DNA from: Trypanosoma brucei | Lineage: Eukaryota | Assembly (NCBI GenBank): GCA_000002445.1 | Contig: CP000070.1 | Location: 1,248,001 to 1,312,000 of the forward strand | DNA length: 64,000 nucleotides | Direction: 5' to 3' | Part shown: piece after piece, positions 53,246-63,000 of the stretch | Position numbering within the stretch: the stretch's first letter is position 1 | Layout of the letters: each line of letters opens with the position of its first letter | Notes under the pieces: generated by a model | What the model saw: only the letters and a program-made list of their open reading frames with translations | Told to the model about the DNA's origin: nothing | Database searches by the model: none | Program-made: the position numbers and the translations under genes

Positions 53246-53963
53246 GGACGTCGACACCACCGACGAAAAACTAAGTTCTGCTATTTTCCAGTATCTATTG
53301 ATCAAACGGTTAGAGGAAAATCGTTAAAAAGCGAGCAGAGAAGGCGTGGTGCACCCTAACGAAGTGAATCCATTCGGATGCACGAAGACGAGCATGAGAG
53401 TGTAATTAATTAATTTGCACACACGCCCCCTAACAACAATATGCAGGCTTGCACTAGTCTTCGGCACCAGCCCCGCACCTCAAATATTCCATGCCGCATG
53501 ACTGCAGCTTCCACCGCGTCCATGTTCATCGGATAATTCTTAGGGACTATAATGCATCATCTCCTTGCTCCTTTCTAATGTAGTTGAAAAAGAATATCTG
53601 GAAAACACGGGTAAGGCAAGCGGCAACATGTTTGTCAATCCACCCAGGATCAACGACGGATCGACCGAGATTCGGGTTGCAAAACAGCTGCCCCCCAACT
53701 ACCTGAATGCGTAAGTATTAATACGATATCGAACGGGCAAGAAACTGCTGCTGCGTATCGTCAGTACAGAGCCTGCATACCTCACCAGGCGATGGAAAGG
53801 GAGAGACATTGCCGACGTAACCCTCAGCGCGGCTGCAACATACGTAGCCATATGAAAGACCGCTTCCTCCACATCAGCCACTCAACTGCCACTACACAAC
53901 GAGCACCGCGTCACAAGCGACAACCGATGCGCAACCCTTTCCTTTTCATTTGGGTGTGGTCCA

Positions 53964-56678
53964 CTATTTTCTCCCGTTTTCCGAGGCCCATTTGTTTTCC
54001 CCCATGGCTCGACCGGTACTCCCAGTTTTCGCTTCACTCTTCCCGCGTTCTCGTATGTCTCGTTCTTTCGCACGAAACATCTCATCCACTTTGCTTTGAT
54101 GGAGCTCGCTGTCCGTAGGAACCCAGAAGAAGGGCTGTTTTTCTGCCTTTAGTTTGCGAAAGTTGGGTTCCCAATCAAAATTATGCAGCTTAACGTGGTA
54201 GTCGATGCGCTCCCGCTCCCAATTATCCCACTTGAGGAAAACTTTCTCCTGGTCATCGTGATCCATTGCGCCAGTGACAGTGAGGTTGTGCATGTGCGTC
54301 ATAATGTCCATGTCGTTGAGCACCTTTCCAGGACCCTCAAGGTCAAGCTGTGAACACAAGAATGATAACTCCTCGCAGAGATTCTCAGTGTCGTTCCATA
54401 TGTAGTGACCACCGCTGCTGCGCACACGCAGAATAAGTGGTTTCTCCACAGGATCCACACCTTTGCGCCGTCGCTGTTGCCGCAGCTTCGCCACATACTT
54501 TAAACTATTCCAGGGAGGCACGCGGTCATCGTCGAGACAAACCGAAACCATCATACCAGGGTAGGTCACGCGATCATTGATGTTATGGTACGGATCGTAG
54601 TGAAGCAGCCGAGTGTAATCCTTAGGGGAGTTGAGCGGGTCACCCCAGTCGTCCTGCTCGGCCAACGAGAGCGGAAGGTCTGGGTCCACCATCGTGCTTA
54701 TGACATCCAAAAAAGGTGACCGCATTAATACGTTCCCGAAGAGACCGCACCCTCGCATGTTCATGGCTGCCGCTATCGGTACGCATCCTGCACTATTGCC
54801 CGCCGCTACCATGAGCTCCGGTTTCGTGTACCCCATATTGACCATATGCTCACAACAAGCGATGAAGTCGTGGACCGCGTTTATCTTTTTCTCACCCCTG
54901 CCCTGCTCGGCCCAGTTGGGGAGTTCGCCACCACCACGCACGTGGGCAAAGGCAACAGTCCAACGCCGGCGTAGCATCCACATATACGGTGCCAACTGAA
55001 AGTGCATGGACGGTACTTCACCGTAAGAACCGTAGACATAGATAAAACAGTGCTTGGGTGTGTTGGGCTGCGCCTCGAAATCCGTCGCTTCTTGCACGAA
55101 TGCATCACGCCGGTGACAGATAGTTATGGGGACCTGCGTGCCATCCTTGGAAACGCAGACATCCCGATATATAGTATAGGGCCACATGTAATCCCACGGC
55201 GTAAATTGCTCTGACTGTCGTTGTGTAAAAATGGCTTCCGGGCTGCACATCCGGCACTTACCGGAAGTCATTTCGCTATTAAAGTTGAAGACGCAATCTT
55301 TGCTGGGTTGGCAAAGACTACTGTACACAAAACTAATAGAGTCCTGGTCAAAGTTTTTGTTCAATCCAGGCGTCACACAAGCGAGTGGAGGGAAGTGAAT
55401 CACCAGGTCGTCTGCTCGCGACCGCCGCGCAGTATCATCAATGCCTTTCCCGCACTTGATGATGCGGATGTGGTTAATGCGCTCAAAGGCAAAATGGGAT
55501 TCATATAGTACAATGTGATCGTGAAAAAGGTCAATATCAACTATCTGCACATCGTCTCGGTGTGGCACAAGCTCCTTCCATTCAGCGTCCATGCCATACT
55601 TGAGAACCACCTCCTCCCGTGCGTATACCACACGGTGATTTGGACCCCTGTCACCCACGACCATGAGGAAATGACCCATGTAGTGCTCCAGCCAGTTCCA
55701 GCTTCCCTTGCCGGCAATCTCCACCGGCCGTGCATCGGGGAAGAAAGCTTGCATTTCACGTGGAATCTTTGGAAACGAAGCAGGCAACACAAGGGCACTG
55801 CACTTCACTTTGGAGTCGGATGTGATCACTATGTAGGCGTTGTCCTTCGTTTTTCGAACATCAACAAAAAATTGCTCATCATCATCTCGGTATAGCTCCA
55901 CGGGCGGTGGAAGAACACCGGGACGTATCTCCTGCATTATCACCGCATTTGGACGATTAAGCTCATTGGATTCTGTGAAGTAAAATTGGTTGTCCGATCC
56001 AAACTCGATACTTACTATGTTGCGACCGCGGATCACATGGAAAAGGCTGGCGTTGTCGATGCTTCGCACATGACAAATGTAGCGGTCGCCTCCCCCCACG
56101 GAAAGAGTATACGCTAGGTACTTTCCGTCCTGAGAAACACGGCAGACTCCCACATTACAATGGGCGTATCCAAAGTGTTGTTGCAGAGCGGACGGGTTGA
56201 TCAGTTCCTCTGCGAGCAAATCCACTTCACCGAAACGCTTACGGTAAAACCCAATTGCATTGGGGTCACCGCCAGGGACAACACGTGTGAAATAGATGTA
56301 ATCACCTATTCGCTCCTCTCCTTTGTCAAACCCACCCTCACGACTGGTTATTACGACCTTCGCATCAAGTTCCGCCCACAAACGCGCTTTGTTGTGCTTG
56401 AAATCAAACTTGCTGTCAACCAAAGTAAAGTGCCGTTGCTCTTGCCGCACATAGCTCTGAGTGCGACGATCGAAGAGATCTTCCATGTACTTGAACGGAT
56501 CTGGTTGGTCGTTTCTGCCGTGCAGCAGAAAAGACTGTGGAACTTCCTCCGGTAACGGCCCGTCGAGGAACGTCAGCGGATATACGTTGCGTACCTGCGG
56601 GAAAAAACGGTTCACGAGCCGCCTCCCAAACGCGTACATCGCATTGGATGTTGGAACCCACGGATAGAGTGCCGTCAT
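53964..56678 (-). CDS. prolyl-oligopeptidase-family (S9A) serine peptidase, oligopeptidase-B-like with long N-terminal extension
   Basis: The ORF-track start at 56705 is TTG. The ATG is at 56676-56678 (904 aa). The C-terminal alpha/beta-hydrolase domain has the GxSxG nucleophile AAGNSAGCVPIAAAMN plus downstream ...DDDRVPPWNSLKYVAKLRQ (Asp) and ...GGHYIW (His) elements. An N-terminal beta-propeller-like region precedes it. The protein is about 190 aa longer than canonical ~715-aa oligopeptidase B. Confidence 0.8.
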   Translation of the reverse strand: MTALYPWVPTSNAMYAFGRRLVNRFFPQVRNVYPLTFLDGPLPEEVPQSFLLHGRNDQPDPFKYMEDLFDRRTQSYVRQEQRHFTLVDSKFDFKHNKARLWAELDAKVVITSREGGFDKGEERIGDYIYFTRVVPGGDPNAIGFYRKRFGEVDLLAEELINPSALQQHFGYAHCNVGVCRVSQDGKYLAYTLSVGGGDRYICHVRSIDNASLFHVIRGRNIVSIEFGSDNQFYFTESNELNRPNAVIMQEIRPGVLPPPVELYRDDDEQFFVDVRKTKDNAYIVITSDSKVKCSALVLPASFPKIPREMQAFFPDARPVEIAGKGSWNWLEHYMGHFLMVVGDRGPNHRVVYAREEVVLKYGMDAEWKELVPHRDDVQIVDIDLFHDHIVLYESHFAFERINHIRIIKCGKGIDDTARRSRADDLVIHFPPLACVTPGLNKNFDQDSISFVYSSLCQPSKDCVFNFNSEMTSGKCRMCSPEAIFTQRQSEQFTPWDYMWPYTIYRDVCVSKDGTQVPITICHRRDAFVQEATDFEAQPNTPKHCFIYVYGSYGEVPSMHFQLAPYMWMLRRRWTVAFAHVRGGGELPNWAEQGRGEKKINAVHDFIACCEHMVNMGYTKPELMVAAGNSAGCVPIAAAMNMRGCGLFGNVLMRSPFLDVISTMVDPDLPLSLAEQDDWGDPLNSPKDYTRLLHYDPYHNINDRVTYPGMMVSVCLDDDRVPPWNSLKYVAKLRQQRRRKGVDPVEKPLILRVRSSGGHYIWNDTENLCEELSFLCSQLDLEGPGKVLNDMDIMTHMHNLTVTGAMDHDDQEKVFLKWDNWERERIDYHVKLHNFDWEPNFRKLKAEKQPFFWVPTDSELHQSKVDEMFRAKERDIRERGKSEAKTGSTGRAMGENKWASENGRK

Positions 56679-57127
56679 GGCCACCTCGTCTCTACTGTCA
56701 AACAAAGAAACACGCAGGGATAAAAGTGATAAATGACATATATATATATATATGAAACTTATTTTCTGTCAGCACTCTACCACTGCTCTCTGCCGCTGGC
56801 ACATAACGCAAACCAGGCAAACAGGTACATAAAAAAAATGCATGTTTGGGAAAGAGCAAAACGGCCCACTTGAACTCGAAGACAGCGCCGACGCAGGAAG
56901 TCGATTCACGCGTATATAGCACAAAACCAATGCAGGAACCGGCTCGTTTGCCAAATCCCTGAAAAGTAAAAGGTCCCCCCATCCCTTAACAACCAATTAT
57001 CGACATCGCTGAGTAGATCCGGAATTGAAGAAGTGTCCGGCTAAATAAACGCACGTACGAAAAAAGGGTGAAGACGATAACCAAAACTAAAATAGAAACC
57101 GATAGAAACTTTACATTACCAACAACT

Positions 57128-58342
57128 TTACCTTGTCATCCTTGCCTGTATGTCAATTTTTTGCTGCGAGCGGTGCGACAAACCCAATAAAGACCGACTC
57201 CGCCCCTCAAATGTAGGAAGCCAGTTCATCTTAAACCACGTAATGGTGTCATCCCAGCCTTCAGTAAACGATATTATTGGCCTATAGCCAAGATCCCTTT
57301 CGGCCGCAGTTATACGAAACCATCGATGCATCGTCAAAACGAAGACGTTGAAAACATTGAGCTTAAACACAAATCCAAACATCCAGCCGACCAACTCTCC
57401 CGCCAGAGCAACAACATAGATCAACCAGAAACTGACGCGTATTTTTTTATGAATAGATACGAATCCCATTGCGACCACCGCTTTGTCCAGCTCATTCCAA
57501 AAAATGCAGTATGCATCGGGTTCGGGATGAGTGCTTCCATCAGTCACGATATAAAATTTACCCAGGATGGGTGAACCCTTGTACAACCCCCGCTCCGCTA
57601 TTATAAGGCCATGGGCATAATTGTCCACGTGCGTAAAGCATATCCTATTCTTTCCAGAGCCAAAAACACGCAGTTTCCCCGTTCCCGCAGCCTCCAGCAT
57701 ATTCGGCAGGAAAAGGTTGTCTCGTGGACCATAAACTTGGTGAGGTGCTACACTTACTGTTAAAAGGTCGTCACAAGATGCGGCAGTCACGGCTAGTTCT
57801 GCTTCCGCCTTAGTCTCAGCGTACATCTGCATGTAAGAATCCAACGGCAACTTTGGCATCTCATCTTCCGTAAGTCCATCAACGCATGGTCGGTGAAAAA
57901 GACCCCCCTTGAAGCGCGTGGACGGTGAGCTGCTCATCACAAGTTTTTTCACACCCAGCTGAAAGCACGCGCGAATGACATTCATTGTGCCCCCATAGTT
58001 CACCTTGCGGTACAACTCGCGCGGGTGAAATGGCCCAACAGCAGCCGCCAGATGCCACACACAGTCGGCACCCTCTAGAGCAACCAACACATCGTTGTAG
58101 TTAGTAATATCCCCTACAACGTATTCAATGACAGGATGTTGCCACGCACTGACGGCGGACTCCATCGGTACGATATCAAAACTCACGACCCTCTCAGCTC
58201 CTCGCTCCACGAGCATTTCCACGAGCCGCGTGCCCACGAAACCTGTACCACCCGTAACAACACAGTTCTTTGGAACGGGTGGATAAACATTTGTTGATGT
58301 CTTCTTCTGCAGTGGGGAAAGGGCGGGGTTTAGTTTACCCAT
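57128..58342 (-). CDS. NAD(P)-dependent 3-beta-hydroxysteroid dehydrogenase/C4-decarboxylase (NSDHL/ERG26-type, sterol biosynthesis)
   Basis: The ORF-track start at 58432 is TTG. The ATG is at 58340-58342 (404 aa, starting MGKLNPALSP). The Rossmann motif is VVTGGTGFVGTRLVEMLVERG. The 3beta-HSD family catalytic Y..xK is in VSVAPHQVYGPRDNLFLPNML. A C-terminal hydrophobic segment FWLIYVVALAGELVGWMFGFVF matches the ER-anchored NSDHL type. Confidence 0.8.
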   Translation of the reverse strand: MGKLNPALSPLQKKTSTNVYPPVPKNCVVTGGTGFVGTRLVEMLVERGAERVVSFDIVPMESAVSAWQHPVIEYVVGDITNYNDVLVALEGADCVWHLAAAVGPFHPRELYRKVNYGGTMNVIRACFQLGVKKLVMSSSPSTRFKGGLFHRPCVDGLTEDEMPKLPLDSYMQMYAETKAEAELAVTAASCDDLLTVSVAPHQVYGPRDNLFLPNMLEAAGTGKLRVFGSGKNRICFTHVDNYAHGLIIAERGLYKGSPILGKFYIVTDGSTHPEPDAYCIFWNELDKAVVAMGFVSIHKKIRVSFWLIYVVALAGELVGWMFGFVFKLNVFNVFVLTMHRWFRITAAERDLGYRPIISFTEGWDDTITWFKMNWLPTFEGRSRSLLGLSHRSQQKIDIQARMTR

Positions 58343-58637
58343 TTGGAAGGGTATTTTCAGAGGAAATGCGTCTAACGAAACTACAGAGGTAAGTGAACGT
58401 CTGAATGCGCAACTCTCTATCCCCTGAAACAACCTCTCACGACAGAATACTGCTTCCTAACGAAACAAAGGGTTGTCCTACTGAAAAGGTTGGGGGCAAA
58501 AAAGTGAGGCATAACGAAGTTTTTATCGATGTCATCAGGTATAAGGGGTTAAAATTCAATTAGCCGCGGGCACTTGCCGTCTCTACACGAGAATGCAGAG
58601 GATCACAGAAAATAACCAAACGTTATGTAGAGGTAAA

Positions 58638-60017
58638 TCACACCGGATGATGTGTAGCTGCTATGCGTTCTAATGTGCAATACATTTTATTTTCCTCGTC
58701 CTCGCCTAGTAGATCAGAGAGAGTAGAAGTTGAGGGCAAAAACATCGGGCCCTCGTAAACATCGTCCCGTCCCCTTTTGCGGTCAAAGAGCATGCGCCCC
58801 ACGACGGAAGCAGGAAGTCCCTTTATACTGGAGTTTTGTGTCACCGAAGTCAGCATTGCACTGCGGCACATCAGTGTCAACTTGTCACAATCACGGCACG
58901 AGCTGCTCGCGTTAAAAAATGAAAGCTCCATAGGGATGGATTCAGTTAATGCACTATGCAAACTCGCCGCGACATTCTGGTACACAGTTTCCCCTCGCCT
59001 CATAATTTTATTCGGCTTAAAGGGGGTTGTTAAGTTCCCATACCCGTCTACCAACCCGCCTTTTCGGCAGCCAGTCGGCAACAACGTTCCCAGCAACCGA
59101 GGGCAGAGGAATGGGGTATTGTCGGGTGCTGCATTGGCGTTAGACCCTATTAGGGAAGTGCACACAGCAGCTTCGTGTACAATTGGCCCAATAAGACTAG
59201 CATAGGTCGCCTCACATTGAGCCGACACACGTACAGTTCTCTGTGCCCACGAGGAGTTTGTTACGTAATTGCCCAACGACCTCGCATCTTCGGGTGAATA
59301 CACATGAAGGAGTACCAAATACTTCCATATGACTGGTTTTAGCACACATAAGGAACGCGAAGGGGACCTTTCGTTAGCACCTATAGTTATTATTATAGCG
59401 TTTTCGTATGATATCTCCTTGCAAGCCGTAGCAGACTCCTCCACAACGAGGTAGCATCGTGGAAGAACGTCTTCCAACAACATTCCCACCTTTTCATTGA
59501 GAACGCTGGAAGAGCTAGCACGGATAATGTTACCCTCAGCCGATACTGTGTTTCGCACATAGCCCACGACTGCTTCATAACTGTCCTCAGCGGAGCCATC
59601 GCCAGTAACATGCTCCACAACCTCAGTCGACATGGGTAAGCACCAGCTTAGTGGTACGGGCGGATGTCCTAAACTGCAAATACATCCCAATTGCTGGTAA
59701 AGACATCGGCGATCTCTTGTTTTGGGGTACAGTGACGTCAAAAGCGTAATAGCAAACGCCTTGGATGAGGCACGGAAAGGTCCTAGGGGACCGCTATAAA
59801 GGTGTAGCATTTCCCACAGGGGTATGCAGACTGCAGTAGCCAGTGCAGGGCCTTGGTCTCCACAGGACACTAAATCGCGGTGAACGGCGACCATAAAGCG
59901 GTTATAGAGGTCAAGGAGCCGGAAAATAAGCCTCTCTGAGTCGCCGCCAGTTGTCCATTCAATTAGGTTACCGTTTATCTCATCGACCAATTGCTGAGCG
60001 TTGTCATTTTCACCCAT
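58638..60017 (-). CDS. hypothetical protein (no recognisable domain); most upstream gene of the PTU within this window
   Basis: The ORF-track start at 60035 is TTG. The ATG is at 60015-60017 (459 aa, starting MGENDNAQQLVDEINGNLIEWTTGGDSERLIFRLLDLYNRF). The frame is clean with balanced composition. Confidence 0.5.
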   Translation of the reverse strand: MGENDNAQQLVDEINGNLIEWTTGGDSERLIFRLLDLYNRFMVAVHRDLVSCGDQGPALATAVCIPLWEMLHLYSGPLGPFRASSKAFAITLLTSLYPKTRDRRCLYQQLGCICSLGHPPVPLSWCLPMSTEVVEHVTGDGSAEDSYEAVVGYVRNTVSAEGNIIRASSSSVLNEKVGMLLEDVLPRCYLVVEESATACKEISYENAIIITIGANERSPSRSLCVLKPVIWKYLVLLHVYSPEDARSLGNYVTNSSWAQRTVRVSAQCEATYASLIGPIVHEAAVCTSLIGSNANAAPDNTPFLCPRLLGTLLPTGCRKGGLVDGYGNLTTPFKPNKIMRRGETVYQNVAASLHSALTESIPMELSFFNASSSCRDCDKLTLMCRSAMLTSVTQNSSIKGLPASVVGRMLFDRKRGRDDVYEGPMFLPSTSTLSDLLGEDEENKMYCTLERIAATHHPV

Positions 60018-60035
60018 ATCAAACCCGAGATACAA

Positions 60036-63000
60036 AAAGGAAAACGCCTTTTAATTCAGTACTCTTTCCTAAATCTGACACGTGCAAAAAATAAAACACC
60101 GGAAACCCCAGAGCGCATATACCCCCGAATTATCATTAGTCGTAGTTAGAGTTAACACTTTTTTTTAAAAAAAGGAATGGCTACAACACCACCAAACAGT
60201 AGGGAGCATCGGCACACAAATCCCGTAGTGTGAGAACAATCAACACCGCGGATGAACAACGTTGTCAATCTCTTCCCCCCATCACCTCCAAAAAAAAAAA
60301 AAAGCAAACAACACCTAAACAAAAAAAAGCGTGACTCTGTGTCCCCCAAACTATCTCAGTGGCACTTAAACAAATTTGAAAAGAAGACGATTGTACACTG
60401 AAAGGGAGCGACCGTCTTCACATTTCTGCTGTTACATATTGAAATAGAACTAACCATGATTATTTTTTAAAAAAATAATAACAAAAACAATATTAGCCTC
60501 GTATACACGCGGACGGTTGTAGGTAGAATCAAAAAACGCCATGACTGCACTAAATTGGGTAATACTACACGAATTCAGCGAAAGAAAATAGAAACAATAT
60601 TGTTAAGGTAATAACACTAACGGATTCCACCATCACCACCGAGTAGCAACAACAACGAAGCGCAAGGGACCACCTTCGAGCCAAATCATCTTAAAATTAA
60701 CAGACGAAAGGCTCTTCACAAAATCATTTGAATTGGTTCATCTAAAGCGAATTCAAAATTCAAACCATCTTTTTGGCCTTCTGACAATACTCCACAGCCT
60801 CACCTGCGTCCTGAGCGTCTCCGCTTGCACAATCCGGCTGGTATTTATTAAATTTCGCGCATGGAATAACGTTACCACACCAAAATTTATTTGTTCCATA
60901 GTTTATCCACGGTTTGTGAAGCACATCGTTATATATGCTCAACTTAAAGTCGCTGGCGGAGCAACAAACAAAAGAAAAAATAGTTGACTTAAAAAAGGGG
61001 GAACAGAATCTGACCTCCCCAGTGTCTCAGTCACATCGGAGTCAACCGCCTGGAAAATACACAGTTTTCTTTGAAATGTGTATAGCAAATTCGTGTGCTG
61101 CGTCAGCCCCCGCTGTAAGCTCTAAAAGAACGACAATGGCAACAAGCAATTTAGTTTGTAGCAAAATAAGTGGAAGATCGGCATGGACTCCACAACAGTT
61201 AGGCAATACTCTATACCAGACGCGAAGTAGCTACAATATAGCACCGAAGGCGGCAACTCCGTGCGCATTTATTTTTTTTTTAAGCAGCAAATACAATAAC
61301 GCATGTCACTTGTGATGTATGACTTTAAAAGAAGCTGAAATTCGGAGGAGGAACAATCAGTCCTCTAAAAATCGCAACAAATTTAATAGGGGTAGTTGTT
61401 GCATCAGCTTTTCCGCATCAGTTGTAACAAATGTATGTACGGAGAGTCCAATCAGTGCTTGAACAGCAACTCACCCCCATTCCATAGTGCTCGGAAAAGA
61501 CACTAAGGACGCAGCTTATCTAGCACAACCCCTTTTTTTAAAAAAAAAAAGAAACAAAAGAGGTTTTAAAGCCTAGGGTAGCAACAGCAGCCAAACTAAA
61601 CGCACGGATAGCCGATATGACGGCAAGCTACCCGAACAGAAGCAAAGAGACGGAAATTTTTACATATCGTCACAATACCCCCTTCCTCAGCAATGATTTG
61701 AATTTTAAATCAAAAAAAACGTCCGGTACAGCACAAAGTAAAAAATATGATAAAACTCCCCGCATGTGGCGGCAACGCAGTAACTACCTCGCCCACCGAA
61801 ATAATCAGCAAAGGCGTTCTATTTTTTTTTAATGTATACACAAGCACTTACACGAGGGAAGAGTACAATATTTAGCGAAAGACCGGCGGGATACTAACAG
61901 GTAGAAGTCACCTGCAGAGGGGACACTGTCACCACTTGCACCAACGTTTTTTTTTAAAGGTATAGAAGAAAAAAAAGGACATTTAATATTACAACAGTAT
62001 CTACTTATCACAACACCTTTGGGCACACCTTGGTATGGGACAAAAGGGGGGGGATCAAAAATGTACGAAAAGCTTGCAGTTGAACACATCACTAGCATCT
62101 ATCCGGACCCCATATAGATCACATTTCCGAGCTAATTACCGCGCTAGTAACTACACATGTCAGTTTAGCATCACATATTTGATAGTCACCAAGCACAAAC
62201 AGTTGAGGATAAATACTGTTGGATGGACCCCAATATACAGATATTTATTCACTAATGAATAATAAGTTACAAGCGAATAAAAAGCATGTGGAAAGCTCCA
62301 ACATGGCCTCATCCAACTTAATATGTCAGCTGAAGAGTAGTGGTAAACGAGGGTTTGCACCGCTAACATTAATAAGGAAACAACAACCATGTCCCACAGA
62401 AGACCGAGGCTTTGCCTCTGGGGAGAGAGCAAGAGGGTAACGCCCGCGTGACTGTTTACAACTATTACAGTCAAGAAACGCACGAGCAGCAAAACCATCT
62501 AAACGAAGATAGATCAGTGTTACGCTCCCGTGAGAAAAATAAACTGCTACGGCGACATTCTCCCATTTCAACCACCCAAAGAGCCCATTCGTCCATCATG
62601 TCACCTGGTTGTCCCAAATACACCTGGAAAGCGAAACTTACAGCTGGGCATCAGCGGGTCACAAAGAAGGGAAAATCCAACAGAAACTGAAGGCCTCAAC
62701 AGCACGTGGTTTACTCTAATGTCGTTCTGGCTACAATCAGACGATCAGTAATCAGCTATCAGATAGAAACGGAAGGAACAAATAGCGCTAAAAGCCCTAC
62801 AGTTCCCTGTTTTCTCCACGTCGCAGCGAGCTACCCACTCCTGCACAGCGCGGATATTACACGCAACTACAGTACGTCACGAATGTCCCCGCACAAAAGA
62901 AAAAGTAGTAAGGGCGGTGAAAACGTCAAAGTATTTCTAACCCCATAATACGAACGCACAATCACTTCAACGAAAAATTGTTGACAAACCCTCATTATAT

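Noticed and set aside
60760-60942. 60-aa minus-strand ORF with a J-domain-like stretch (KYQPD...AGEAVEY resembling KYHPD...AEEKFKEI)
   Set aside because: The reported start codon is TTG (plus-strand 'caa') and there is no in-frame ATG. The essential HPD tripeptide is QPD and the helix-I/II spacing is wrong. This is most likely chance or a decayed fragment.
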